Source of the DNA: Macrostomum lignano
Lineage: Eukaryota
Reading direction: 5' to 3'
Assembly: GCA_002269645.1 (NCBI GenBank)
Contig: NIVC01001053.1
Location: 1-64,000 of the forward strand
Length of the DNA: 64,000 nucleotides
Shown piece by piece: positions 1-13,274 of the stretch. The translations under genes were made by a program, and so were the position numbers. Under the pieces are notes generated by a model. The model had not been told where the DNA came from and did not search any database. It worked only from the letters and a program-made list of their open reading frames with translations. Positions within the stretch are counted from its first letter, which is position 1; each line of letters begins with the position of its first letter.

Positions 1-430
1 AGGAGAGGAGAGGAGAGGAGAGTAGAGAGAGGAGAGGAGAGGAGAGGAGAGGAGAGGAGAGTAGAGGAGAGGAGAGGAGAGGAGAGAGAGGAGAGGAGAG
101 AGAGGAGAGTAGAGGAGAGGAGAGGAGAGGAGAGGAGAGGAGAGGAGAGGAGAGTAGAGGAGAGGAGAGGAGAGAGAGGAAAGAGAGGAGAGGAGAGGAG
201 AGGAGAGTAGAGGAGAGGAGAGGAGAGTGAGGAGAGGAGAGGAGAGGAGAGAGAGGAGAGAGAGAGAGAGGAGAGGAGAGGAGAGGAGAGGAGAGGAGAG
301 GAGAGGAGAGGAGAGGAGATGAGACGAGAGGAGAAAAGAGGAGAGGAAAGGAGAGGAGAGGAGAGAGCGAAGAGAGAGGGGGTGAGGAAATGAGAAAAGA
401 GGCGATTAGAAAAGAGGAAAGAGGAGGAGA
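1..430. repeat. (AGGAG)n pentanucleotide microsatellite, degenerating at its 3' end
   Basis: Direct reading: aggagaggagaggag... with occasional agtag variants. Confidence 0.95.
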
Positions 431-3400
431 GAAGAGAAGACGGAGAGGAGACGAGATCAGGAAACGCTGCAGTTTTGCAGTGCCACAGCTGATGCAAGTC
501 TACCTTGCAGGTGCAAACTCCTTTCAACTAATTAGAGCTGCTGGGGACTTCCGACTCTCAGCTGACTCTCTGACTTTCACTACCGAAGCTTTATCCGTTT
601 CCTGTAGATTCTGCTTTGAGGACAATTTTGCTCCCTCTGTACCTATGGATTATCAGCAACTCCAGAGCTAGGAGCTATGCTATAAGAAAAATTAGCGGAA
701 ATAAAATTTCTCGATACTTCTCTCGGCATTTTCGCAACGTTGGAAATTTCACAATTTCGTTCAACTGTTGGATAGAGATGCCTGTGAGCAGAGCCTCGTA
801 TTCGTGCCCTGTCGGGACCATGGATGCATCATTTTATCGAGTCTTTCCCGCATGCATGTACATGTCCGCATACTCATAGTAGGCAATCAAGACTGATAAA
901 AGTATTTTATATTTTTAAATTATAATCGTACTTATTAAGCGTAGCTTACCAAGAGTATTAAGAGATTACAAGAGCTTTCAATGAATTTTCGCTCAACTAA
1001 AATAGCATTCGCTGTTTGTTCCCAATATCTTGTTTAATTCGGTTCTTTAAAGAAAAGTACTTTAAAATTACTATTTAGTGGCACCAGGCATAAACGCGAA
1101 ACAGGCTTTGCAAAATGAATAATTTCGATTTTGTCAGCTTAGAATTAAATCCGCTTTAGTAAAACGAGAACTTCACTATTGATCTGTTTCGTCATAAGAG
1201 TTAATTGTCATATTATCAGATCTGAAGAATATTAATCATCTTACAATTGAAAAGTTGATTCAAATTTTAATTTTTGGAAGGCGAAATTTACTGTTTAGAA
1301 GCGTGGCGGGTAAACGCCCTTTGTGGTTAAAGGAAATTAGCTAGGAAATTTTTTGGCCAACCATTTGCAAACGTGTACAAAGTGAAGTTTGTCAAAGTGC
1401 CTGAGTGTTGTCAATATTTATGTTTGGATTGTTTAACCTAGACAAAAAGCGTTAACAGAGACCCACTCTGCAGAGTTTGCCGCTGTAAGCCTGTTGTGAA
1501 GTACTGCAAGTTTCTTTGCATGAGCTATACTGCATGGCTGCTGCGATGATGAATCAGCTTCCAGGCAGTTTTGGTTGCAGAAGTTGCCAAGACCCTTGTA
1601 GCTCAGGTGAGACTTTTCCAACTATAGTTTTGGCAATTTCGACCTAAAAAACAGCTTTGAAAAGCAATTGAACCTTGGCAACTTACAGAATCGCGCACGA
1701 ATGTCCAGCGCTAAATGAGCCTGACACGACGGGCCCCTGCTGCATCGTTGTTTGCAGTCGGACTTCCCGCTTTTCCCTTTTCCGTTTTCTGTGCTTTTTT
1801 CCAGTTTTTTTCGGGGAAAAGAGAGGAAGCGATTCTTGGAATATATGGCCGTAGAGAGTGGGAGAGAGGTACCTCTTTGGAGCGCCCCTGCACGTTGGAA
1901 AGCAACCGCGGAGCGCTTGAAACCCGAGACTGTTGCAGAAATAAACAGACGGGCAGAGCGGCTCGGGAGCTACAATGCAGTTTTCATCCGCAAATCTTGG
2001 GCTTTGATTGTTGAATTTGCGTCAGATCGCTGTGCGTCAAAGCGTGAATTACCGAGTGCTGAGGGTACAGTCTACTGATAGTAGCACTAACATTTTCGCA
2101 AATTGTGCTTAGGCTGACCTACGGAGTGACAGGATTAATTGCAACTCACACTATATACAACTCGAGAAGAAGTCGAATACTCTTCATTAGATCCGAGCTG
2201 CTCACCTGCAGTATTAAACCTAAATTTAACTGCGGTTCGTCAATCAAAGCCAAAGGTCAGAAGCCTCATGAGATGGAGAAGATCACAGCTACTAATTAGC
2301 CTGGAATTTTCCCAAAAAGATAGTTATTATTATCAAGCTTATCTACTCGAGTTGACTAATGAGATAGCAAATCAGGGATAACTTACTAGGACACGATTAC
2401 ACTCAACACTTAGACATTATGAAAAAAGTTCTAGTAGGATTCCAAGTTTTAAACTCGAATTTGGTTCTGCAGATTCGATAACAAAATTCCGAGTTTGGCT
2501 GGTCTGTCCTGGCCTCCGCACCGGATGCAGGCCAGTGGGCTGAGCCAATTAGAATTGCGCTCCACGCGATGAAGCAGTTTTTTCTCCAATCTAATGGCCG
2601 CCGTTAAATGCTCCGACTGCAGTGCACAGCGCGCAGTTTGCCCCACCCACTGATCGCCTTCTCAGTCCATTACAGTCGCCGCCTCCATGTAGGTCCGGTC
2701 AGTCGAGAGGGGGGGGGCTGCGTGCGAAGTGTCGGCAGGCAGCCAAAAATCTGTGCGGCCTCATCAGCAAGGAATTGCAGGATCCGGCAAGCTGAGACTG
2801 CTGCGCTGCCAGCCTCTCATGTCCAATCAGCCGGCCGCCATCACGGGGCCATTATCGAATCGAGGCCAGCAGGATATGTATGCTTCATCGAGGAGAAATG
2901 AGCATCTCTAAGCCTATATGAGAGCATATATAGCATTAGAGATACGTGATAATAAGGGTCTCGCACCAGTCCTGCTTATGTGAAACATTCAGGCGGCAGT
3001 GCAGAAATTCTAAGCTTTTTTGGTCATCAATTTTCTGTGAAAAAAGTCTAAAGTAAGACAAATTCATATCGAAGCTGCTTGAAATTTTGTTGCTTCAGGG
3101 CTTAGATACCGAAGTGCCATTTGTAAGCGTCTGTAGATCTCACACCGATCTCACAACAGACGGCTGTGATACAATCAAAACTTTCACCAAACTGTCATTT
3201 GTAGGCGTCTGTAGATCTCACGCCGATCTCACACCGAATTTCCTGCCGTTTTTTCATGTCTTCAAAGTTGCCTGAATGGAAGATCTGGCTAGAAACTAGT
3301 GAGAGAGTCCCAGGACGTCTTCAGGTAGAGAGCATTGATCACGCTCACAAATTACTGTAGAAATTGCATCCTTGTTTCGAGTTGCCCCTTAGTTAAACTT

Positions 3401-5695
3401 TACTGACTTAAAATTAAAAAACCCAAGCCTAAAATTCCTTCCTCCTTTTGGAGTTTTTGTAGTTATGTACAGCTGCTGTAATGAGCCTTCAGCCCTTTCA
3501 TTTAAAATGTCCTTCAAATGAGTTTGGCGGCCTGGGGCCTTGATGTCTGTGTGGGAAATTTGAAGAAACTTAGCAGATTTTGAGCGTGCGTAGCATGTCT
3601 CAGGTCGCAATGCGGCGTTTCCCCTCTGCCATAGCCGCGATCTCGCCTTCCATATCAGTTTCTATCTTCTAGTCTCCTACATCCCGACTCTATCAATGCG
3701 TTTGTCGCCTCTTTTACAGAAGAAGAAATCCGCAGGAAAACGAAGGCATGGGTCCGCTGGGAAGAGGCGATGAGCTTAGGGCTGAGAGCCGCGCTCAGCT
3801 AATCCCCCAGATAATAAGATATGAGATCGGGACCGCATCCGCTTTGAAGAGCTGCAGAACTGTGGGAGACTGTAATGCATCATCAACCGGCTTTACTTAC
3901 ACAGTGGGGATGCGTTCGCCATTCTTCAGGCACGAAGCGTCGTGGCGAGGCACCTCCTTGCCTAAGCGACGCTAAGGCCGGCTTACAGGGAAGATACGGC
4001 AATGTATTGAAATATTCATATTGAAGTCTGAACAGCCCGCTCTTTGCGTTGGCTCGTAAACCTTGGTCAGCTCAGCGGTACCTGATTTATTAAGACGCGT
4101 TTCTACGTACCTATCTGCTGTTCGCTAATTTTAGCCTTAGCCGGTCATTGAAGCACTCATCACATGCGTTCGGTCTGTAGAGTTTCTGCAGACGGGCAAA
4201 CGCTAATCAAAGACAAACCGGCTTGAAAGTCAACTACAAGCCGTGCTTTGGGAGGGAGCCATCAGGCTGAATAAGCTTCCGCTTCAGTCAAGAGCAGCGA
4301 ACAGGAAGATGAGCTCCCTCTGCAGGTCCGTTAAGCAACACAAACTACTCAATCGAAAGAGGGAAATTGATCGTATCAAGTTGAAAGAGAAAAATCTCCT
4401 CTGTCTTAAAGAATTGCTCCACAAAAGGCACTCGAACCGAAACGCAGATCCGGCCGATGAAGGCCGCAGTGTTTTATCAGATTTTCAGAAAGGCGAATCG
4501 AGAGCGGCGACATTCTCGGAGCCAGCCATCCCAGGCCAAGCTGAGTGCATTTCGCTTCTGCTCTGCCCAGCAGCACCGATTCGTGTGGCTGCATAATGCC
4601 GTTTTTCATGGCCCATGGAGTGACTGGAGTGTGGTGTCTCTTTTGTCTTTTTTCTGCTTTTTACCAATCTCTCTTTTCTCCTGTTTCTGCTCCTTAGCTT
4701 TTGTGCCGCGCATATTATCTGTATAGCTCTGCATGGGGGGGGGTCTAATGCTTGCACGGCAGCATACTGTAGCTCCATTTCCAGCTTGCTTTATGCATTA
4801 AATGCTAGAGGTTTTGAACCAATGCTGCTTCAAGCGTTTTGAGTATGCTATAATTCTGTTTTCTTTGACACGGGCTCTTGACAGCCCCAATCGTTGCGAC
4901 ACAATAGCTTAAGGGACTGCTTTTAGCTTTGACCCACCTCCCCAGCTTCCTGGGAAGCATCCGGGCAGTTTGTCGCCATCAATCGCGGTCCAAGGCTGCC
5001 ACTGCGAGATCGCGTCAGACTTTTTGGCTCCTATGAACCTTAATGGAGTCTGCATTATATTAATTATTTGGTTGCAGGCATGAGGAACTCACTGAAATTC
5101 CCCCAGCAACTGACGTTACCTGAATGGACGCGCTTTAATAAAGGGCTATATAAATTAAGGCTCATAGGTAAGCTCATAGTGACTCATAGGTAAGATATCA
5201 GATGAGAACTTGCCTGGCTGAACGGGGTGGGTTGTACTGGTGTGACGGCTTGGAGAATACTGCATGCTGTCTTCTTTGAGTATATAAATCACTTACTCAA
5301 AATATTCAAATTCAAATTACTCAGAAATTTTGGGGCTTATGGGAAGTTCTGACTCTCTGAAATTCTGACTTTCAACAAGGTTAGGTTTAGAGTTAGGGTC
5401 AGAGTTAGGGTTAAACCATATAGGAATCGCCCTGTAGAACATAAAAGACTCATAGGGAATTTTATGTCATTTGATGTCAAGGTTCATGGGGGAATTTATG
5501 AGATGTCATGACTTACAGGGGGAATCGATGAGATGTCAAGGTGTTAATCATTTGGAAAATTGCTGAGAAATCAAGGCTCATAGGAAAGTTGCTGAGATGT
5601 CAAACTGGGAGGAGAATTACTGAAATTCTGTGACTCTTGGATCGCTGATTGCTAAGTCATGAGCTGTGACTGCAGGTGAGCCGCACGTACTCAGC

Positions 5696-6360
5696 CAGGC
5701 GCGTCGCCACCGGGGGGGGACAAGGGGGAGATGTCCCCTCGGCCCTCAGTAAAAGCTATGGGGGAAATGCCAATGCTTTGTCCCCCCACCCACCTTGTGA
5801 CTCGTGATTATCAATAATTTTTCTTCAGGGCACCAAAATATAGCGCCTTCGGCGCCATAATGGTGCCTACGGCTCTAAAATGAGTGCCTGTGGCGCCAAA
5901 ATGAGTGCCTGCGGCGCTAAAATGAGAGCCTGCGGCGCCAAAATGAGTGCTTGCGGCGCCAAAATGAATGCTTGCGGTGCCAAAATGAGTGCCTGCGGCG
6001 CTAAAAGGAGTGTCAGCGGTGCCAAAATGAGTGCCTGTGGCGCCAAAATGAGTGCCTGCGGCGCTAAAATGAGAGCCTGCGGCGCCAAAATGAGTGCTTG
6101 CGGCGCCAAAATGAATGCTTGCGGTGCCAAAATGAGTGCCTGCGGCGCTAAAAGGAGTGCCAGCGGTGCCAAAATGAGTGCCTGCGGCGCCAAAATGAGT
6201 GCCTGCTGCGGCGCTAAAATGAGTGCCTGCTGCGGCGCTAAAATGAGTGCTGAGTCTGACAGCAAATTTCTCAAAATAATGGAAATTTAGGAATTTAGTC
6301 ATGTACATGTTGAATTCTCAGCTTTGTCCCCCCACAATAAAATCCACGGCGACGCCCTTG
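5696..6360. mobile_element. Non-autonomous hAT-like MITE carrying an internal 21-bp minisatellite
   Basis: Imperfect TIRs caggcgcgtcgcc / ggcgacgcccttg; identical 8-bp flanks TACTCAGC at 5688-5695 and 6361-6368; subterminal ggggacaag/ctttgtcccc motifs. Confidence 0.8.
5869..6250. repeat. 21-bp tandem repeat (ggcgccaaaatgagtgcctgc)
   Basis: Visible period; repeat-derived ORFs with a 7-aa period (MSACGAK). Confidence 0.95.
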
Positions 6361-6890
6361 TACTCAGCCCTGTGTTTCTTGTGTAAAGCCGTGGAATTCT
6401 TATGCTCGCCATTGAACTTGACATGTTTGCTTGCACACTTTGTACTTTGTTTGTCGCTTCAGATGTTTCTTTCTGTAAACTTTGCAAGGCCGGACTGCCT
6501 TAATCCACTGTCTCCGCCCAAATCGGAACCGAGCGCAAGAAAAACAAAAGATTGCAGAGTTCAGACCCTGCCAAAAGCTGGCCTAGGGTATCGCTCTATA
6601 CGAGGAGGCAGAATTGAATTAGCCCCAATTTAGTGGCCGCGGGAACACCGCCTGAACGGCTTGGGCTTGTTGGTTCGGATCGGTAAGGCCGAACTGATTT
6701 GAACCCCCAAAATTGAGTTTAGCCCGAGTCCGCGCCTCAACAGCTGTTCGATGAGGGAGAATATAAATAGAATATTATGTGATATTGTTGAAGTATTTTT
6801 TACACCTAATGCTTTCTTTTTGAAGCACAATGTTAGGCACAATGAAGCACAAGGAAGGGGGTTTGTAGAAGGGTGTTCCCCCTTCTTGAA

Positions 6891-7190
6891 GGCGGTTGTA
6901 GACTAGTGATTAGAGCGTCGAACTTACGACTTGAAGGTTGGGGGTTCGATTCCCGATCCCACTGGAACAATTTGTGTTCTTAAGCAAGACACTTAACTCT
7001 ACACTGCTTCAGTTCACCCAGCTGTAAAATGGGCGCCAGCATTAGCTGGGGTAATTGAGGGTGCGTGTGGCGACCCCCCAGTCCTTGGACTGAACGCAGC
7101 CTTCAGATGCGCCGCGCAATAGCTGCGGCTGAGCAGTCGGTTGCACATCTGGCCCAATTGGGGCAGGTGTAATCAATTATTAATTATTAT
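6891..7190 (+). mobile_element. tRNA-derived CORE-type SINE, copy 1
   Basis: A-box-like tagactagtgattag, B-box ggttcgattcc; central tgtgttcttaagcaagacacttaac...cccagctgtaaaatggg resembling the MIR/CORE domain; AT-rich tail; four further copies in the window. Confidence 0.85.
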
Positions 7191-7614
7191 ATTATGCTTT
7201 CTTGTTGAACTTTTAATTATCAAATTAAAGCATGCCTATTTCCTCTGGTTTGTTTCACAAGTTGTTCAACAAAATTTGAAAAAAGCTGGAGAGCTTCGGC
7301 GCGCAAAATATCTTTTTTGTTGCCTACTTGGTGTTCACTGCGTCCAATTTGATGTTGCAAAGAGCCCATATTGCTGGATTGGATTGGATTGCTGGATTGC
7401 TGGTTGCAGAGTTCATATTCCCCACAGACTAAGAGCTGAAATCGCCAAGCAATTTGACTTTTTCATGGACAATCAAACTCCAAACGACAAAGTCACGTAT
7501 GCGTTCACTGTCCTCTCTTTGTCCCGAGACTGATATTAACGTATTGTCAGGGAAGCCCTAATGCTCGCTTCGCTCCTTATAGGAAGCGAAACTCACAAGA
7601 ATGCCCAATAGATT

Positions 7615-8371
7615 GTTTACTATAGCTTTTGGCAGCCTATTTGGGCTTACGCGCATTTAATTCAATCCAAGATACGTTTGCCAATACAACAGAGCTTTTG
7701 TCTATGGTAGCAAGACTGCCACAGCGCCATTTAATTTGGTCCAACAAGCATCAATTTGGTCCATAGCTTCATTTTCAACTGTTGCGGAGGAGCAACACCA
7801 GCCCCAGAATTGTGAACCATGCTAGGTTGTCGAACGTGTGCCACTGGCTTGTCATCAAAGCACTCAACAGAGGTGAACACCCAAAGGACATTGCAAGGCT
7901 GCTGAATATAGAAGAAAGATGGTTTACAGCAATCCATCAGCGTGTTGAAACCACTTCTGGCATAGGTCGCCTGTGGTAAGGTGGCAATCGCCAAGGCAAG
8001 TTGCTAGAGACTCAGGTCCAACTGCTACTTAATGCAATTGAGACGAACCCTTTGTTGACGTTGCAGAAAATGCAGCAGCAGTTGAAGGAACAGTTCCAGT
8101 TGGTTATCAGATTTGGACTATCAGCAGAGCTCTGGAAAGCGACTGGAAATTGCTGGTACAGACGCTGACATTCCCTTAGGCAGTTGCAAGAAGGCAAGAG
8201 TTTGCCATTGGCTCACAAGCATTTGGACCAAATTGGTGCTTGTTAGACCAAATTAAATGCCGCTGCGGTAGCCTTGCTACCATAGACAAAGCTCCATTAC
8301 ATTGGCAAACCTATCTTGGATTAAATTAAATGCGCGTAAGCCCAAATAGGCTGCCAAAAGCTATACTAAAC
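7615..8371 (+). mobile_element. Internally deleted Tc1/IS630-like transposon with ~150-bp TIRs and a decayed N-terminal HTH ORF
   Basis: 7615-7770 is an inverted copy of 8217-8371; interior translates to ...KDIARLLNI...W*GGNRQGKLLETQVQLLLNAIETNPLLTLQKMQQQL, with an in-frame stop at 7977-7979. Confidence 0.8.
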
Positions 8372-8669
8372 TTGTACACACGGAAATGGTCCACTCTGCG
8401 CCATTCTTTACTCTTACCCATGCCTTCCAGCTGTGTGGCCCAAATAGGTTTCTGCTGTCTATGGCTTTCTATGGTTTGTCCGTGTAGAATCTTTCCGTTC
8501 TTGTCCGATTAGGGATTGAAAAGTTTTTCAACTATGTTTAGGCCATAGACAATCAAAATAAGGCAGCAAAGAAGGATCAACGAAACAAGTCCATACCCAT
8601 TTCCACGCTGTGTACATGTCTAAAACACAGTCAGTAACAGGTATAGATAGCAACCACGAGCGTCAAACA

Positions 8670-9310
8670 GACCGCTCACTCGTCGAGTAATTCCCGAGCA
8701 AGGCGCCGCAGAAAGTCTTGTGGAAGCTGTTGCCACGCGACTGAAAGCGCATTGCGCAGCTGGACCATGTTCTGGGGGGATAGAGTTTGTTGCACCGAAT
8801 CGTGCGCTTCAGGAAATCCCACACGTGCTCAATCGAGTTCATATCCGGTGATCTGGACGGCCAACGCAAAGTGCGCCAATCAGTCATTTGGCGGACTATC
8901 GTTGTCACCCGCGTCCAGATGCCTCCAGTTAACTCCTGTACACTCGTTACTGTAACGCTTTTCCCTGTGACACCAGATATCGGTCTTTACTTTCCTGCCC
9001 TTTTTTACCTATTTTTCTATGGCCCAAAACCAATTGGCGAAACCATCGATCGTGCTGCCCATGGACCCTTGGCGCAAGGGTGGGCACTTTTAAATGTTGC
9101 TGAGTGCATATCCGGTGTTCTGCGTATCGTCAAATAAACTCTTGTAAAGTGTTCAGTTCAGACATTGCTAAAACAAACCAAAGCATTTTCAAATGACCGT
9201 ACCTTGAAAAAGAACGCCTTGGACCTCTGGCTGTGCGGTGGTCGATGTCCCGATAGTAAGGACCCTCTTCCATTCAATGCATTCGTGGCTGGGCCTCAAT
9301 AATACGTTGC
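8670..9310 (-). pseudogene. Tc1-family transposase remnant (catalytic C-terminus, frameshifted)
   Basis: WPSRSPDMNSIEHVWDFLKRTIR matches the Tc1 WPxxSPDLNPIEHxW motif; after a shift in a C-run it continues PQNMVQLRNALSVAWQQLPQDFLRRL. Confidence 0.8.
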
Positions 9311-10508
9311 GACAGCACGATTTAAACGTTCAGTTTATTTGAGACTGAAATTTGGAAGAAAGTGCGAACTACCTCTGGTGCATTGTCGGCACAAAAACAG
9401 AATATCACTTCTTACCTCAATTGACTTGTAACTTTTCCGATCAGTTTTCGAGCAGATTTGGTGGGGTTTGAGTTCGATAGTTCTCTTCCCTTATCAGTAT
9501 CATCAGCATCTTGCCTAGCTGATGCTGATATCGGAATCCTATGCCTCATCTACTGTTGCCTTCTTACTATTGGATCTCTCATTGAGCCAATGGCAACTGC
9601 AACTGGAAGAGCTGGGATGCAGGCGTTAGGATTTCGCATTAATTCCAGCGGGAGTGCATACTCAGACTGAAAACTTGTCTGCAATTTTTCGATTCCCATT
9701 CTGATTATACTCGTCTGGCCAGCAGTTTTTATTCGAGTATCCACTTCTAACAGTGCAATCAGACAGCTGCTTTAACTAGTTTGAAACTCTATGATGCAAT
9801 CCGAATTGAGTTAAATTGCAAACGCTTTACTACCATGCTCATGATTAGAAGATTTTTCAAATAAGGAGGACAGTGCTGATTCCGGAGAGAGTAGGAAATT
9901 CTGTTCATTTTGTTGACTTCTGAGCATATACAGACTAACTCATATCTGCAATGAGAACTGCCCCCAACCGAACGTCTACATACATCGAAATGCTCCGCCA
10001 GTAGTGAAGAGGTGGCAAGTTGCGCCCAACAGGCAAGCAATGCTTCGAGACCTTCATTTGCTCGGGTTTCTCTGGCTAAGAGGCTGAGAAAGTGTTTAGA
10101 GCATAGGTTGAGCATGCGTGTCCCATATTCCTTCCCAAATCTTTAATGCATGGCGTACAAAGTGGCTGGTTGAGCACTCAGTATACGCCGTTAGCTGCTC
10201 ACAACTCTTCGGGCACAAATTTCCTACATTATCTGCTGAATTATTCAGCTGAAAGGCCGCAAGCTACGACCGAGCGCCCCCCCCCCCGGTCTCATGGATC
10301 ATGCGTCTCAGGCGAGCCAAGTCTGGGAAGGTGTGGGGCTTTTCTGTCCACATGTCTTGAACAAGGGATTAACGCGTTGAAGGAAATGGAGCGGAGGCCC
10401 GCGCCACGGCAAAGCATGCAGGAAAGCAGGGGGGGGGGGCTATACGGATGAAAAGTTGCCATTCACTGCTTGGTGATGTGTTTGCATTTGATGATGAACG
10501 CTGGCTAT

Positions 10509-10510
<2 letters not shown>

Positions 10511-10550
<40 letters not shown>
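10511..10550. repeat. (CT)n microsatellite
   Basis: Direct reading. Confidence 0.95.
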
Positions 10551-10554
<4 letters not shown>

Positions 10555-10966
10555 CTCAATACCAGCATTGAAATGCAGCTCGCTGAAAAATAGGAGGATT
10601 ATAAAATTCAGTCGGCACTACAGCATTTGTGCATAGCTGGATAATGGAGGCTCACCCAGGCGAACAGGCAATGCCTGATGCAGTTTTTCTTACCTTTGAG
10701 CTCTTTAGCTGGGACAGCTGCTGTTTGCTCACATTCATTCGCAGGGGGGGATAGGTGATAAATTCCATTAAGCATTTAGGCAGACTAGCAATGCTCAACG
10801 CTATTTATCTTGTACTGTATGTATGCATGTGTACTGGCTAGTTCGGGAAATCGTCATGGTTACAAGCTTGGGGGATATAGCAGGGTTTTTCTAAAATTGG
10901 CACCTGAACATTTCGTTAAATTGAAACAATCGAATTTCCTATTTTGTCTTGTTTTCCTTGGCTACC

Positions 10967-11267
10967 AATAATAATAACGACTGATTACACCTGCCTAACG
11001 GGCAGATGTGCAACCGACAGCTCAGCCGCAGCTATTGCGCGGCGCATCTGAAGGCTGCGTACGGCTGTTCAGTCCAAGGACTGGGGTCGCCACACAGCCT
11101 CAATTACCTCAGCTAATGCTGGCACCCATTTTTACAGCTGGGTTAACTGAAGCAATGTAGAGTTAGGTGTCTTGCTCAAGGACACAAATTGTTTCAGTGG
11201 GATCGGGAATCGAACCTCCAACCTTCAAGTCGTGAGTCCGACGCTCTAACCACTAGGCTACAACCCC
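10967..11267 (-). mobile_element. tRNA-derived CORE-type SINE, copy 2 (best preserved)
   Basis: Reverse complement reads ggggttgtagcctagtggttagagcgtcggactcacgacttgaaggttggaggttcgattcc, then the CORE-like block and a (tta)n tail. Confidence 0.88.
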
Positions 11268-11353
11268 TAAATTAGTTAACAAATTTGTAACATAAAAGAT
11301 GGTCACAAAATGTTCACGTACTGTAAAAATGAAAGGTATTCAAAACATTCAAA

Positions 11354-12015
11354 CCCCAATGCAGGCACCTGGAGAATGTGCCATTCACCCCAATGCAGAC
11401 ACCTGGAGAATGTGCCATTCACCCCAATGCAGACACCTGGAGAATGTGCCATTCACCCCAATGCGGGCATCTGGAGAATGTACCATTCACCCCAATACAG
11501 GCATCTGGAGAATGTGCCATTAACCCCAATGCAGGCACCTGGAGAATGTGCCATTCACCCCAATGCAGACACCTGGAGAATGTGCCATTCACCCCAATAC
11601 AGGCATCTGGAGAATGTGCCATTCACCCCAATGCAGGCACCTGGAGAACGTGCCATTCACCCCAATGCGGGCATCTGGAGAATGTGCCATTCACCCCAAT
11701 GCGGGCATCTGGAGAATGTGCCATTCACCCCAATACAGGCACCTGGAGAATGTGCCATTCACCCCAATACAGGCACCTGGAGAATGTGCCATTCACCCCA
11801 ATGCGAGCATCTGGAGAATGTGCCATTCACCCCAATACAGGCACCTGGAGAATGTGCCATTCACCCCAATGCGGGCATCTGGAGAATGTGCCATTCACCC
11901 CAATGCGGGCACCTGGAGAATGTGCCATTCACCCCAATGCGGGCACCTGGAGAATGTGCCATTAACCCCAATGCGGGCACCTGGAGAATGTGCCATTCAC
12001 CCCAATGCGGGCACC
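11354..12015. repeat. 34-bp minisatellite, ~19 copies (caccccaatgcgggcacctggagaatgtgccatt)
   Basis: Visible period; ORFs in all three frames are repeat artefacts. Confidence 0.95.
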
Positions 12016-13274
12016 GTTAATTTTCGTCGAAAATCCATGATGAAATTTTATGCTTTGTTATAAAAAACATTTAATATGCACTGATTGCTACTATAAGTAG
12101 CACTAGTAAAAATATATTTTGAAACTTTTTGCTTTCGCTATGCACATTGAAACAGCATGAAATATTTCTACACAAAGGGATTTCTTGCCTGCTTTCTACT
12201 CAGTAGCTATGCGGACAGCCCTGGCAACACAGCGGAAGCAGGTGCGGTCACCTGTTGCAAATCAGAAGCCAAATGAAATTAGGTCCGGGCGGAGATTGAA
12301 GAAGAAGACGAGCTAAAGAGCCGCGACTGTCTTTTGTTGACTGGAACTCTGAGAAGTGCATAATAAAATTGTATGCTTCATACGTAGAGGCATTAGGAGC
12401 TATACAATTTTCACTATTGTCAAGAAGACGCTGCTCAAGGCGAATAGCTGCTGCACGAGGCTCCGCCCACTTTTATGCAGGTCAAATCGAGCGCAATGCT
12501 TCATGCACCAACGGGAAGAAAGGGCGGTTCCTCATCGGGTTCGAGCAGTGTGCACCGGTTTATCGATCGGTCAGAAACTAAGGAACGACCCGCAGTCGTC
12601 CCCATCCTGATGAACCCTGAGCAGGCACACGCTCACATCGGGTATAACAGCGACCCTGACTTTCCCATTGTCAGGAATGTACACACCGTCGGGAGCTTGA
12701 ATCACGTGACCTCGCCGACAATTGGATTGCCTGATCAGACGCTACATCTGGACCCAAATCTGTAAAAAGCTACAAGAGCAAAACGATGAAATCAATGCAT
12801 GACAAGAGTTGAAAATTAAATTAAGAATTTTTCTTTGGTGTCTTTTGCGACGAATCAATCGATGATGAAGGGTGCCGGGTGAGCACTGCTCAATACAGGA
12901 ATACAGAATGTCACCAGCCATTGGCTGAGGCATAGGGCAGCGAGAAATCCAATAGGCCGTAGTTCACAAAAGAAGAGTGCGGGAGCAAAGAAAGCAAAAG
13001 TGGTTGGCGGGCAAATCGCCTCTACTAAGGGAAAACCTGTCGCCATACCCAATCTCCGCTGGCTAGAGGGGAGGCGATCAGGTCAATAACTTGGCAGAAG
13101 CGCAGCACTGGAGCGCTCGCTGCTCCGCTGCGCAAACATTGAGGCGCATTCCGCGCACACAACTGCCTGCCAAGAATAAATTATTTAAGAGTCGACTCAG
13201 GCCCCAGGACTCGGACTTCATGCGGCCGCATCATCGATGGTAGCAGTTGAAGGCGGGAGGCAGTCTACAGTGCC

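Noticed and set aside
1581-1684. 11-bp inverted repeat aagttgccaag/cttggcaactt (hAT-like MITE?)
   Set aside because: Too short, and no TSD found
1711-4800. Several 60-117 aa ORFs
   Set aside because: No recognisable domains or consistent exon structure; lengths are compatible with chance in GC-rich DNA
6891-6965. tRNA gene
   Set aside because: A and B boxes are present, but there is no intact cloverleaf and it continues into the SINE body shared by five copies
9450-10115. Two moderately long minus-strand ORFs, possibly a decayed retroelement
   Set aside because: No diagnostic motif could be identified
11299-12063. Long ORFs in three frames, and a superficially CRISPR-like periodic array
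   Set aside because: Head-to-tail 34-bp units with no unique spacers and no cas genes; the ORFs are repeat artefacts
12280-12765. Coding-like stretch (VRAEIEEEDELK...; VKSSAMLHAP...LDPNL*)
   Set aside because: In-frame stops between segments, no recognisable domain and no consistent splice model; possibly a decayed element
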